64,000 bases of DNA from Antedon mediterranea (Eukaryota; Animalia; Echinodermata), in NCBI RefSeq assembly GCF_964355755.1, contig NC_092672.1, positions 2,790,001 to 2,854,000 of the forward strand, in the 5' to 3' direction. A program made the translations under genes and the position numbers. The notes beneath the pieces are model-generated. The model made no database searches, had not been told where the DNA came from, and worked only from the letters and a program-made list of their open reading frames with translations. Positions 1 to 14,201 of the stretch are shown one piece after another. Position 1 is the first letter of the stretch. Each line of letters begins with the position of its first letter.

Positions 1-2731
1 TTATTCCTGTGTGACTGATATTCAACCATTTCTTGTTCCAATTATCCTATATCCTCAATAGATAATGTATCTCCCTGAAGATACAACTAATAATTAGCAA
101 GTCTTTTTTTTTTACAAAATAAGTTAAAGAAAATTTAAATATATTGTTTGTATATTCAATTTCACACCATAGTACTTTATCATTTTAGTGTGAACATTAT
201 ACTCTCATTACGAAAGGCTACAAATATCATAAATAATATATTACAATCTATACATGGCGTTTCCATCCGCTTTATATATAATAACATAAGTGACTTATTA
301 ACTACATATACTAATTAGGTGGTGTATTAAACATAAAGCTACTGTACTTAATAAATAGTGAGTGAAAAAAAATAGACACATGCAATAACTTGGAACATCT
401 GAATATTATGGAGTACCCCCTCTATTTTGATGACTCAGAAACAAATGTAGGCTTGGTAGTCCAGCTTGCATGGTAACAGAAGTAGGTCGGTTCCTTGTAA
501 TCAAGTTATAATGAGAACATGCGATTCCCAACACACATTCTCCATGGGGGAAAATTCCATACGAAAAGAGTAAGAGTAAATCAGGTCGAGGCAAATGACA
601 AAGATAGGCATTGGGAAGAAACCTCTGGGAACCGATTAGGGACATCACCATTTGGGCATTTTTTTTTAAAGCAATGCGACATGCATTTACATTAACACTA
701 CTTTGCTTCAAATTCTAATCCTGTTCAGTTAAGTTTACAAGTAACCAATATCAATGTCCCGTATCAATGCGCAAAACAGTATGTACCATTAGCTCTGCCC
801 AAAGCTTATTACCATTAACTAGGTCATTTACCATCTACACCCAAATTAAAAAAACCCAAAATATTTGTTAATAAATAGCAATAAACACATGGTATGAAAA
901 ATGAGTCTTAAAATAACCACAAAAAATGTATAAATAAATTATAAAAAATATTACTAAATATACAAAATAGTTCTTTAAAATTATTTGCTTTCGCTAAGTA
1001 GGATATGATATATCTCTTTTACAGAAATCAATACGTTAAATCTTGATTAAATTTCACGTAATTTTTCAGCACCATTATTTACTGCCTTGTCGGGCCTAAC
1101 AACATGTTTAATAAATGTGACACACTTATCGACAAGTCACTATACATTTGAAAACATGAAATGAAAAAATGCAAAGTAATTAGGAGAAAGCATGGGTGAA
1201 AATGATCACGACACCTTTTTTACACTAAGGCAAATTCGTTGTAGTCTTGTCAACACAAATAAATACCTTAATGTTTGATATATATCATGACATTTTTATT
1301 CATTTTTATTAGATCAACAGGAAACAAGATAGTAATAAGTGTTTAAGAAAAATAAGTTTTTTAATTCCCCTAAAATATACTCAATTATTTTATTGGGAGT
1401 AGTAGTAGTAGATAATGTCTTTCAATAAACATATATTTATGTTCAAATTAGGTTAAAAAAGAAAAAAACAACGAATACATTTATTTTAAACAAATAAATT
1501 TCATCATAATATTGTAATTACTAATAAAAAAAATGTATATAAATATATATACAATTTTTAATATGTTGGAATGTAAAAATAATTGTGTACATTTTAAATA
1601 TTCATAATAAAAATCAGTTACATTATTTATTTAAACACTAATATTTAATTTAAATAAAACAATTGTATACTATAACATTAGGAATTAAATGGGCTGAGTT
1701 AAAAAGTAAAATTTTATATAAAAATGATTATATTGTAATTTGAAACTCTGATGAATTGAATATTTCAATGGAAAGAATAAAACAACATAAAGATTCATTT
1801 TTGACAACAATCTTAACTCGTAATTTATTTCCTCAATCTAGAATTTGAGTAAATTATTTTGTTAAAATTTCGGCAACAAATTGGAAGTAACAAACAGATA
1901 CAGATAGATGGATATCACAATTTAATAGTGAAAATTGGTAGATGGGTAAAACAAACCAAATTTATACTTAAGTTGCACCAAAAGCTATTGAATGTATTCA
2001 TGGCTATGTATAACTTTCAAACACTAATTTAGTCACGAATGTCTCAAAATACCCAACGTAATGAAATCCACGAATTGAGGTTTGGGATATTTCATTCAGT
2101 TAACTGACTTTAACTGACCCCATTCTAATAAATCCAAAGTATTTTTTTACAGTTTGAAAAATTCAAAGTTTTAGAATTCTAAAATAGAATAAATAACTGT
2201 AAAAATATGAAAAAAAAGTGTTATAATATTTAAAATAACTTGAGCACCTTTCAATAAAAGGTTAATAAAAAAATGCCATAAAACATTTTTTTTAAATAAC
2301 ACTTGTTTCGACACAATTTGCAAATGTTTTATTTGAGATAGAGTTGTAAATTTAATATGTTACTAGATAGAAAAAACCAAATGTATTTATTATGAGTCCA
2401 TCATGTACATCATGTGTGCAGGGCACAGGGATTCATGATACTAATAATAATGTGAGAAAATGTATAAAGTATATTTTATTGGGCAAGAGAAGGCTTAAAG
2501 TTATACACTGTTCAGAAGTCAATACTTTAGCTGTTCTATTGTCAAAAATGTTGGCCTGTTTTTAATCCAACCTGAATAAAAAATTGTGTACGATTATTAT
2601 ACAATAAGCACTTATCAGCATGAAGAAATAAGTTACAAGCAAATAACTGCAAGGAAAAAAATGGTTGTTTTTTTATTTATTTTGAGATGTTTCTTTGTAA
2701 AGTTGCTTTCTTCATCCTTATGATACTGTAC

Positions 2732-2997
2732 CTTTCTTCAGTGTTGCCGAGGAAATACTTCCCTAAATCGGGGTGGCAAATTTGTGAGTATCTCCCGGAC
2801 TGCGGATGTTTCTGGGTGTCTTGGTCAGGTTTCACTGTGTCTGGTTGTTTTGCTGTATCTGCCTATATCTTTGTTTCTATTGGTAAGTAGGTGCACTGTG
2901 TATAGTACCTTGGTTCACTTATTTTTTTGATGCGTTTCTAGTTGCTTAACTTTCTACTGTAAGCTCCATAATTGCAGAATGGAAATATTAAAATATT
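2732..2997 (-). other. Candidate non-coding exon (UTR or lncRNA) of a minus-strand transcript that continues left of the window
   Basis: Strong acceptor (tatttattttttttttcag|, AG at 2999-2998) and donor AAG|gtacag at 2731. The sense strand is A-rich and has no long ORF. Confidence 0.45.
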
Positions 2998-3783
2998 CTG
3001 AAAAAAAAATAAATAAATTGTTTAATAGTTTATTTTGTCAACAATAAAAAATATGGAAAAATAAATTGAAATTTTCTTGTACGAACGTCAACTTCCATTC
3101 AAACCCAAAGGTTGCTAGCCAATCAAATTTCTTGTGTAATACGAAGCCTGTAATCCTTAAATACCATCAAAGATAGAATTAAACCAGTTCTTAAGATGGC
3201 AATAAATTACATATAAGTAGAAAGCTGTGTTACATTTTTTACTTCAAACTAGGTTTAAACTTGAAATATTTTGAAATATTTTGCAATATGCTTGCATATA
3301 TGAGGTAATCTGCTCCTAAGATGACCCTGGGTTTGAGATGATTTTTGTCAAGCGTATTATACATGCGACTGCCAATAGGGGTTGTTTATCAAATTCACGT
3401 CTGAGCGTAAGATACAAACTTAAAAATAAATCACACACTATGTACGTAACTTTTAGAAAACTGATTTCTTTCAAACATGTTTAATTTCATCTCAATATTG
3501 ACTTTTAAAAACTTCTAATATTTTTTTTACAAAATACATCACTTGGTTTTGTTTTCTCTTTTAATATTCAATCTATCATCGAGTAAAGAATATTTATTTA
3601 TTCTATTTTATTTATGATCTAATCTAGCACAGTGTCAAACATTAATGTAAGAAACATCAGGTATTTCTTCTGAAACTTGTAAAAAGAATACACATTGAAC
3701 GAATATACCTTTTCACGTGTGTATATATAACATGAACCAAATGCACATACAGTAATGGGACCAACCAGAAACTGATTTTATTA

Positions 3784-4466
3784 CCGAGTAATTTCAGAAA
3801 CAAGACACTGTCCTATTATTGTGAGCATTATCTTTATCCGTATCATTTCTTTTAAACTTGTCATGAAAACACAAACACGTTTATATTTGCTTCTCAAGTA
3901 TAAGAAATCGTTTTGTCCCAGTTATAGCACAAGCATTAGTTGCAAAATGTGCCCTACTTTTTTTCTTTCTTCCCCTGTTTTTTTTTCTTTTCTATGAGAA
4001 TTTAAGTTCATCATTGATAAACTTTTGTAGGCTTTGTAATGAGGATTTACACAACTTGCAAGTCTTTTCATTTGTTTATATTTATACAGAAATTGTTTTC
4101 TTTCAGTTTTAGCATTTTACTGAAATCTTCAACTTTTGCTCTAGTTTTTCTTTTTTCTCCTTTCTGTGCATAAAATTTGGGTTTTCGTTGAAGAGGATTA
4201 GGACATTTTCAGAGATTTTCTATTAACAATTATCTCTTTGATAAACTTAATCTCAATTGACGTCTAAGTGGTCCAGGGGGTTGGGTTTGGACCTTAATAT
4301 CCGGTTGATAGCATTTCCTCAATGGGCTCTTTACAATTTCCCACTGCGCCCCTTAATCTTTGATCGCTGTTGGCCTTGACCCTTCCAATGGAAGAATGCT
4401 TTTGCATGGACAGTTAAATGAATAGATGATTGATTGAATAGTTTCAATCTTATCAATTTGTTAAAT
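3784..4466 (-). other. Candidate non-coding exon
   Basis: Acceptor gtttatttgtttcatacag| (AG at 4468-4467). The donor is uncertain (TCG|gtaata near 3784 or AAG|gtatat near 3707). No ORF. Confidence 0.3.
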
Positions 4467-6024
4467 CTGTATGAAACAAATAAACTTATTAGTCTGTTCC
4501 TTCAACTTCTGTGATTTAAAGTTTGTGTTGATGACAATTGAGATTTATCTTATATTATCTTAATATCTATATTATCGTGAGGTACAGTACTATGATCTAT
4601 TTTTTTTAAACAAAGATCTATGATAAACTGAATGATAGGGAGTACAACAATTCGTTTGTGATATTATCATTTAATTTAATGCTGTACTGACAGGTTTAAG
4701 TACATCCCGAGGTAAAAACACGCTCTAAAATAGCCACGTTTCTAATTACTAAAACAGCATACCATCTGTGAATTATCATTTTTTTTTTCACTTTTGTTAA
4801 AGTATCTTTAATTCTATTTCAATTTGTATTATTTAATATAAATAATTAGTAATTGTTTATAGTGTAATTTCATGTTTTGTTCCTTTAATTAATTTACTAT
4901 TTATGTCTTGTCTTGTCTGAGTTGCTGAATTATGAGGTTTAAAACATAAATTGAATTTTCTAAATGTCGTACCATACTCAGGAAAACTTGAGCGTATCAG
5001 TTGATATGTTGTGCGCATAGGTGAGTATTTCATTACCATTAAAACTGGGTGACTTGCTTAAAAGTCACAGTTTTCACTTAAATATGAAGTTTGTTCAACG
5101 AATGGGCAATATATCATCTACAGATTAATCTATAACGATCTTCGCTAGGAATTTCACGCTTGCTTCAAATAGACTTAATAACGAATTTATCTACGATCAT
5201 AGCATTCTTAATCTTCTAGGGGACTGAATAAGGTCTCCTACCTATATCACATTATTAAATGTTTAAATTAATATTAATTAATATTTTTACTGTACTGAAT
5301 TTGTGTTGTTCATTTATATTTTTTTTAAAGTATTGGAATTTGATTTTTTTTAATACCTTCTCCAATAGTAAGTCACACAATTCTTTTTTTTTTATTTGGA
5401 TGGACTTAATAAAATGTCAATCTAAGCATTTATATAACAATAAAATGTGCCAAGATGTAATCCAATATATTTATTAAACTCCACCAAAACTCATCCAAAA
5501 CAATTTTTATAGGTTAATTACATTCAGAAAACAAGATACTTTTTTCCAGAAAATCAGATACACATTCTAAAAAATCAAATGAATGAGTTCTGTTTGGGAA
5601 AGAGTACTAGTCAAAGTTTAACAATTATTTTAACAATTTTTGTAAAAGGTCATTTGGATTGGACCTTGAACACAACTTTAGACTGGAAGATATTCTTTAT
5701 TTAAGCCAACAAGATTACAGAAAAAAGGTATTAAAAGTAGGGGAAGAATACAAGTGAAAAACATTGTTTTTATGTCCTTGTAAAATACTATTCTATTCCA
5801 ACATAGAAGGTTTTGCCAAGTCATTTGTTTAAAGACGATAATTAAGATTATTCACTACGCTCAAGAATAATTCAAATTCAAATTTTGAACTAAATATAGT
5901 ACAAATTGGCCAAGTAAAATTAATTACAGTATTCAACACAAATGATATTAGATTTATAATGACAACTGTCAGTTTCTTTAATTAAATTAGTGAATTGTGT
6001 GATTATATAAGCTCAAATATTTCC

Positions 6025-6171
6025 TTCTCGCCCTTTATACTGTCATTGCTAATATAATAAATAATGTGCATGAGCTCACTACAATAGTATGTTCTCACCC
6101 TTTATACTATCATTGCTAATATAATAAATAATGTGCATGAGCTCACTACAATAGTATGTTCTCACCCTTTA
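6025..6171. repeat. 67-bp local tandem duplication (about 2.2 copies)
   Basis: ttctc(g/a)ccctttatact...caatagtatg recurs at 6025, 6092 and partially at 6159. Confidence 0.9.
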
Positions 6172-6990
6172 GTTCTTTTTTCCTCTTAATTTCAGAAACC
6201 TTTTAAAAGTTCTTTTTTTCCCAGACCCTTTATTCTCACAATTTTTTAAATTTTATTTCAGAAATGGTTTTCAATTTTCATAATAAAATCATGGGATTAA
6301 ATTGTAGTCCTTTATAAAGTACCTAATAATTTTCTATTTATTTCTAATATGGGAAATCAAATATTTACTATGTAAATAATTGGTTTGTATGTGATATATA
6401 TACCGGTATAGGCTCTAAAGAAAACTAATTTCTGTTATAGTAATATTGAACATAATATTCCTTCCATACCTTAGTCATTTTTTTCAAATTTTGTCACGCT
6501 ATATGGCGAATCATTAAATTGGAATTAAGAAACAAATTTGAAATTTGAATCTTTTAGAAGAACTTCCGTTTGCCCCATTTAATGTTAAAATAAAGGAAAT
6601 GTTGTTGGCTTTACCCAGTTTTCATAAACTTTTGGGAATTCATGAAAATTGCTGACTAAAATAAAAACGAATAGAAAACGAAACGATAAAATTATAACCT
6701 ATATTTTAAAAAGGTTAAATATGGAATTTATCAACATGTCCCCCTTGTTTCGTATCAACATGTCCCCCTTGTTGCTTATCAACAAAGTTCTCTATACTTA
6801 ACTATTTAAAATTAACATGTATAATCATGTAATTCAATTAAAGATATATGATAACTGATAATTATTATATTACATTTTTGCTAAAAATTCAACATTTTAA
6901 AGTAAAGTGAATAAAAAAAAAATTATATGTTACATTGAACAGAACGATTCACACCTTCTTTACAACAATAAGCTTGCACACTTACACTTA

Positions 6991-7853
6991 GGCCCCGTTT
7001 CTGCTGCCAAAAATATACCGTATATATACGGTATATTTTATATACGGTATATTTTTTGGCAGCAGAAATGGGTCTCATAAAAAATATACCGTATATATAT
7101 GCGGTATATATACCGCATAAATATCCCCATCGTTTGTGGATATTATACGGTATATTCCAAAATATACCGTATATTTCGTACCCCGTTTCTGCTGCACTCA
7201 AAATATACCGTATATGTGACCCGGCCCATGACACGAGGTCAAAAACAGAGCGTGACGCGTTTGTTTGGTTTTTCTGCTGCATTGACACACACGTGTATAA
7301 TAAGCAAGCAACAGATCAAAATATCACTGTGGACTGAAGAAATAACTATTTTTGCAATTCAATTGTGGGGAGAAGCGAAGGTTGGGGGGAGACTACATGG
7401 CAACAGAAGAGATACCGAGATTTACAAAAGTATCTCAAACAAAATAAAAGCAGAATTTGTAGACTTAATAACGCCAAAGTTATCGGCAAACGCCGTCGTC
7501 TTCTCTGCATAAATGTAGTCAATGCCCATTCTACATTTCTAGATTGTTTGTGCGATGTAAATTCGTTGCCACTTCTGATCATTATTTAAAATAGAAAGCA
7601 ATGCTAAGACGTTTTGAGAAACCATCATTGTTTTGTTTTTGTCATGTAACCTCACTACACGAGACTCTAGGTCAATCCATACTTCCGTCTCACAAAATGC
7701 ATTTTGGGTATATGAAAGCCAACTTTTTTTATAGCCCACCCACGAAGTATGTGCAGCGGAAACGGTGCACGAATTTCATATACGGTATATATACGGTATA
7801 TTTATACGGTATATTTATACGGTATATTTGGGATTGGCAGCAGAAACAGGGCC
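6991..7853 (+). mobile_element. Non-autonomous PIF/Harbinger element carrying a Myb/SANT-like (trihelix) coding remnant
   Basis: TIRs ggccccgtttctgctgccaa / ttggcagcagaaacagggcc and a perfect TTA TSD (6988-90, 7854-56). Many subterminal aatataccgtatat repeats. The internal frame WTEEITIFAIQLWGEAKVGGRLHGNRRDTEIYKSISNKI resembles the Myb/SANT-like domain of the Harbinger second protein. Confidence 0.85.
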
Positions 7854-9231
7854 TTATAGAACATCACACAAACTGCCAAGATTTTGAATTGAATTAAATG
7901 TTGATATTAACTACGATTTTACAATGACAATTGACATTGTGTTGTGAGGTGGTTGACCTTTTGTTGGTTTTTAATTAAAAATAGTACAAAGCTGAATACT
8001 AAAAACAACAATTCCTTTTCCTTGTAATACTGTATCCCTAATAGATTTATTATCTTTCAAACAAAATATTGATCCTTTTTAATTTTGCTTTCATTATTAT
8101 TAAACTACATTTTGTTTGTACCTGTATTAAAATTGAATAAATGTTTAGTTGATCGAGATATTGTCATTTAAAACAAATGTACAACATAACATCATGATAA
8201 AAACATCATGTATCAATGTTATTCATGATGGAGAGTTTGCTGTACCAGAATTTCTAAATTACATTTTAAATGGTATCTTTACTTTTAAAATAAAATGACC
8301 AACCATTCCCTTGACCTCATCCTATAAGTCCCCAGGGGTCAATTTGCCACATATGATAGAGCAACACACCTTCACTTTTTAAATGATCTTGTTGGTCAAT
8401 ATATGGGCAAGCTGTTCACATCATTATAAAACAAAATACAGCATGACATTTGAAGGTCTAGTCTGGGCAGGGTGACCCTCTATTTGTATTGAAGGTAAAG
8501 GGACACAAAGCCATCACATGACCTTAATTTAGCCTTTAGGCCCATTGGTTCTTGTCGGGCCTTCCAGGTGAGCCAGCATGGGGGAAATCACTAAATTACA
8601 TACTTTCTCTCACACTGACACAGACAAATTAATGTTTTTAGTTTATACAGTATATAATAATAAGCTGCCACAACATTCTTCTTGTATTAAACAATTTCGT
8701 TGGCAGGTTTGAAACATGTGTTATAAGTTATAGGAAAAGATCAAATAACATATAAAAATTGATATGTAAATTAATAATGAAAAATCAGAATATATTTTGT
8801 TTGACTACATAAAAAATGTTTGCGTTAACATGAACAGAGAGAGAACTGAAAACAACTTTTGATCAATGTTCTCTGAAAAAATGTTCAAGACATTATATAT
8901 ACTATGATGTGAAATTACAGTATAACCAGTATAATCTTTCTGAAAAAAATTAATTAAATATTGTCTTTATATACGAGGAAAAAAGTCTATGAATAATTCC
9001 TAGTAGTCTGAAAAAGGAGCAGGTGCAATCAAGGCTACGTACCCCCTCTGCTGTTATTAGATACCGAGATTTGATATCAAAGATACTTGATGGGTTTGAA
9101 ATAATCTCATGTTACGAGATCAGGCATACCCCATGTGGCATACACCCTACACCAAAAAACCAACAAAAACCTGGATCAATGTCACTGTTGTTGTATGCGA
9201 AAACGCACAAAACATGGCCAAAACAGCTTAC

Positions 9232-9290
9232 CTTTCGCATATTCCATCATACATAATACCCTTTTCTAATTACGATGGGGGAAGGTGATA
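9232..9290 (-). other. Candidate 59-nt non-coding exon
   Basis: Acceptor tttgtctgttttattcgcttcttag| and near-consensus donor GAAAG|gtaagc on the minus strand. Confidence 0.4.
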
Positions 9291-10361
9291 CTAAGAAGCG
9301 AATAAAACAGACAAACTGTACACTCTTTTTTCCCCACGTTTAAAAAGCCCCCAAGAAATCATTCATTTTGCATGTTAGAAATAGGATTTTAAAGTTAGTT
9401 TAGTTTTTACGTAGACAAAGCATTTCCAAGCATAAAATAATTTTTGTTGGAAGCTGTTTTCCAAAATGTGAAATTTCACCATTGTCAGCAGTAAAAAAGA
9501 CATCCATTAAATCCTTTGTGTACCTCCTCAAACAGAAACTGACACACCCACATCTTATTTGAACACTATTTCTATTTCTGGGGAATAGCGGGGACGGATG
9601 ATGGGAAGAAGGAAATAAACAACAGAATTAACACAATGCTACTTAAACCCTCTTTAACCTTTTCCTTATTAATACTTCTTATCTGCTAGAAGCATCAAAT
9701 TGCAGCATGTTTCTGTCTCGATCTCTGTGATTGGATAAAAGTTGTTCTCTAGTAGAAATGATTAACAACACTTCACACATCACTTTCTCAGACTTGAGAC
9801 GTTTTATGGATTTATGTTATTATTTAACATATTACATTTATTCAATTGATTTGTTGTTTTAGTTGAGAATCCCTCTAAATAAACTGTATTTTTAAAACCA
9901 TATTTTCACATACAACAAGGAATACTGTGTACAGTAATATATGATGAAACTAGACAACTAGGCACGATATAGACAAGAAAGTTTTATGTGGGTATTGGTT
10001 CAACATTTGTTTGTTTTATAATAATGAACTAGTTTTTCTTCAATAATATTGATATAGCAATCCCAATCTTTGATTTTAAACCCATTTCCTCATGTTGTCT
10101 GAATACTTTACATTTCCAACAGTCATTTCTGACTTGCATCCATTCCTGCTGTTCTAGTGGTTAATTCATTGAACCTTATCAAGACCCCCTTTGGTACATA
10201 TTTACAAGGTCAATTGTAATGAGTTTTCAAACTCTCTAATTTTTCCCTAGCTGATTAGAGAATACTCAAGGTGGGCTAAGTTTTACCTTGACAGTGTATT
10301 AATGGAAAACTGATCCCTCTAAAGACAGGCCTTGGTTCACTTGTTAGTTCACTGCAACTAA

Positions 10362-11441
10362 GGCCCTGTTCAGACCCATGGCGTTAGACCGTTTTAGCGT
10401 ACAACGTTACTAGCAAGGTCACGTTACAAACCGCAGAGGAAAAAACGAGGTGTTCAGACCCATAGCGTACGATTATCGTTACAACGGAAGTACGTCATCC
10501 AGGTTGTTTCTAGTTGCATATTCATGTGCTCTTACCCACGTGTTTTCATCATTATTTCCACTGTATATAGGCCTAGATCTCAGCCCTACAATTATGACAA
10601 AATTTGCCGTAAATAAAACATACCTCAGCATTTATTTAAGAAAAATATAGTAAAGCCAAATTTCTGTTTCTATTGTTTTTATTTTGTAGCAAAAAACATT
10701 TTCCCCAGGCTCTTGCGTTACGAAAATAAAGCAGGCCTCCTAATGATGAAGAAAAAATTGATTGTGATTAGTCTATCCAGTCCAGTCAAAGATTATATTC
10801 CAACCCAGTCCAGTCGGTTGCTAATAACCCTTAACTTGCTAAAAAAAGGGACCCAGCTCTCTTGTTTGTTTACTGAATTTGTTAGGAGTTAGGGGGTTCA
10901 GCATTAAACTTGTCCAGTCTAGTCTGCCTTGTATGAATGAGTGACTTGATGTCGACCCACGCTAGTTTTTAGCTTGAATGAAATGCGTGAATGGCTCTAG
11001 GCCTAGCTAGGCCTAAAACCGGATGGGACCGTAGTCCCTATGTTTAAATACAAGGTGCATTTATTTATGTCATTTGTTAGAAAATATAATGGTAATAATC
11101 AGTTGATAATAGTTTGTAGCCTTTGTAACAGTTGTATTTGTAGTGTAGTTAGGCCTTATTTATTCTTGCCTTTTTGTTATTGAAATCCATCTCACACATT
11201 GACGATACAAGATGTCAGCCTAGGTCAAACCTTGTTTCGCGTCATAACAGGAAACGTTGTGATTGGATACAACGTTGACTTACAGTAGCGTCGTACGCTA
11301 AAACGGTACTATCAACCGTTTTCCACTACAACGCTACAACCGTTGTACGACGCGTTGTACGCTAATCCCCAACTGTTCAGACACACATTCTTTTAGCGTC
11401 GTACGCTAAAACGGTCTAACGCCATGGGTCTGAACAGGGCC
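10362..11441. mobile_element. Non-autonomous PIF/Harbinger (Tourist-like) element, 1080 bp
   Basis: About 40-bp TIR ggccctgttcagacccatggcgttagaccgttttagcgtac at both ends. Flanks TAA / TCA (imperfect 3-bp TSD). Internal TIR-like copies; no ORF. Confidence 0.85.
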
Positions 11442-12198
11442 TCAACCATGGATGGAGGCCTACAAAGAATACTTCAACACTTACAGTTACTATTGATAAG
11501 TAGCACAGATTTCCCCAAAGATTGAGTAAAGTAAGAAATGACATTGACAAACTAATAATCACACAGTGTGGACTATCAAATATTTATCTGGATGTTCGAT
11601 TAAATTAAATACATTAAATATTTAATTTGGTGTTAGGCAATCATTTTTTTAAAATAAATGCAGATTACATATTTTTTCTCAGATGTTCTATAGTATATTT
11701 TGATGTTTTAGTTTATCCTTAAAATTATTTGTACTTTGCAACTCTTTTTCAAACATAAAACATGTTTACCTGTAATATATATACTTATTTTTACTGTAAT
11801 TCTAACATATGTTGTGTTTTCCATTGAGTAAATTACAACAATATTTAATATTATATTATTAATATAATCATATGATTGTCACTAGGGGATATTAATAATT
11901 GTTTACATGCTTTCCAGAAACCTCCTGAAGCCATCACAATCAACTATATTATTATTTTTTTATTACGATGTTTCCTTTTACACAGACAATCAATAATTCT
12001 TGGTTTAAATAGGCTACTTACATTTGCCTACATTGTTCTTTACCATGCAGAAGAGGTATTTCTGATATATAATTTAATAAATTGTATTTCTGAAATATAA
12101 TTTAATAAATTAAAACGGTAAAATTCACTTTTATACTGCCTGAGTTTCTATTATAAGTAATAACTCCTTGTTATATAACGAACATTACAAATGTAAAT

Positions 12199-12362
12199 TC
12201 AAATTGCTGAAAAATGACAATGCTGTGAATATCAGGACCTGGATAGATCTCAATGGAGATACTGTACAAATAAAAGAAGCAAAAAGCTAATCAAAACGAT
12301 AGAAAACAGGCAAAAAATTTGCAGAGATCTCGGGGAGACACTAGCTCTTCGTTTCAGTGCAA
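12199..12362 (-). mobile_element. Degenerate copy of the Penelope-like hammerhead-bearing repeat
   Basis: Aligns by eye with 23912-24373 (aaatgacaatgctgtg...gatctcaatggagatac...gcagag...acactagctcttc...cagtgca). It has a single 48-mer and a mutated ribozyme core. Confidence 0.75.
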
Positions 12363-12949
12363 GTGAGAGAATTCTGACAAGATTGTGTTATACAGGGAGC
12401 TGTATTAAGAACAGTACAGTACGGTACTGTAAAATCACCTGCTTTTATTTATTGTACATAAACATAACCTATTTGTATGAATATTAATTTAAATATTTGA
12501 ACAACAAATTGTGATTTTCCTCTCTATTTCCAAGCTGTGGACTACCTACCAATGAATATGATAACGATGTTTGATTAATGATATAAAATATGAATAAGGA
12601 TGAGCAAAAATTTCCATCTTTAATCCATTTGCAGTATGAAATAAATACTACCATGGGTCAACGACATCACATAGGAAAGTAAACAAGCAGTAAAGTAGGT
12701 CACATGTTCATCTCTCAGACAGTTTCATTTTCAGTCTTGTTTCTAAGCTAGGCCTGGTAATCTTTCTTATCTTCCACATTGAAGATGCATTAAAACTAGC
12801 TCATTGTACATCAATGGTAATGCTCCTGCCTCCTTAAACACGGCTAACTTTCCCTCCCCCAATCTATATCTACGGAAGGATTATACATCGTTTCCATCAT
12901 GTTTAAAAAAAATTACTTTTATCTATGTCACTGGTGATGTTGTATTCGT

Positions 12950-13250
12950 TTGAATTCATTTAAAATTAACTATTTTATCTCTCTGGTCCATACTTGCATC
13001 TTGTATGTATACGACATACATTTTCCAATTTGTCTTGATATCAATAAGATTTTGTTTTATACCTGTATACGATCACATCTAATGCCTTCTTAAAATGCAG
13101 TTTACTCCAAAAATATCTACATCTCTGATTGAAGCATTTTGTTGACATAAATTCTGCCATTTCTTAGAGATAGTGTTTATAAAACATTGTATCTGTCTGA
13201 CATGGTTTATTCAACTCAATATAGAGATTCTTCACATTAGTAGTACTTTA
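12950..13250 (-). pseudogene. Highly decayed non-LTR retrotransposon reverse-transcriptase fragment
   Basis: Minus-strand peptides TDTMFY..L*E and LHFKKALDVI resemble the LINE RT motifs T.DAIF.LR and IDFKKAFDSV. Interrupted by stops and frameshifts. Confidence 0.3.
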
Positions 13251-14201
13251 ACTTAAGTAAGAATCAATTGGGTCGTGGACCTTATGTGCAATAAATGTAA
13301 CAAATAGCATCAACATCATCAAAGGTAACTGCCCTCCTCACAGCTGGTATAAACCAACATAAATAATCCCCTTTTTTCATTGCTAGTTTTTTTTTTATTT
13401 GTAAAATTTGGGTAAATGACACTATATTGTATTTAAAATTTTAAGCACCCTGACACTAGAGAGAACTGGCATAGAGAACCGGAAACTTTTTAATAAAATC
13501 TATTCTGCTGTTCACAAAACCTGAACACCACATGATAAACATTTACTTTTTTTCTTGAATAACATCCATCAATTTCTAATAAAATTGCAGTTGTTTAAAT
13601 CTGAATGGTCATTATCACTCCACAATCCTAAAGACCCTATAAAAATCCACTCCGGTCTCTCAAGCCTCTTCATGAAATTCAGATGGATAGGCATTAAAAG
13701 TTTAATCTGAGAAAGTCCCCAAATTTTCGCAACTATAGAAAAAGATCCAAATAGTCCAGTAAATATGTATTAGAAATAATTGCAAAAACAATTTTACAGA
13801 AATTTCCTTTAAACAGGTCAGATGAGATGTCAGATAGGTAGGATAGGTTTGTGGTGGTCAAGGTTAGCTTACAATTTTAACCCCTAAATACCACATGAAT
13901 GGTCAAGAATCACAACTATTTTCCCAGCTTACCAACTGTGCTTTATTCAAGGATAAGATATCAAGTTTGTATGAAATTTTAAACCGATTGTGGGCTGACG
14001 AAAACAAAGGAAGGTGCACAGTCACCAGAAAAAGTTTAAAATTAACAATTTTACAAACTATACACTTTGTACTTTAAATTTTTTAAATGTAGCCGCAAAG
14101 AATAAATATATAATAACAGTATTTTAGTAGTGTTTTAGTATGTTTTAGGATTAAAAATTGTTTTAATTAAGATGTTTTATTATATAACTAAATGGTAGTA
14201 A

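Noticed and set aside
406-711. 101-aa ORF and the many other 60-100 aa ORFs in introns
   Set aside because: No domains, low-complexity AT-driven composition and no consistent splice context. Several simply translate MITEs.
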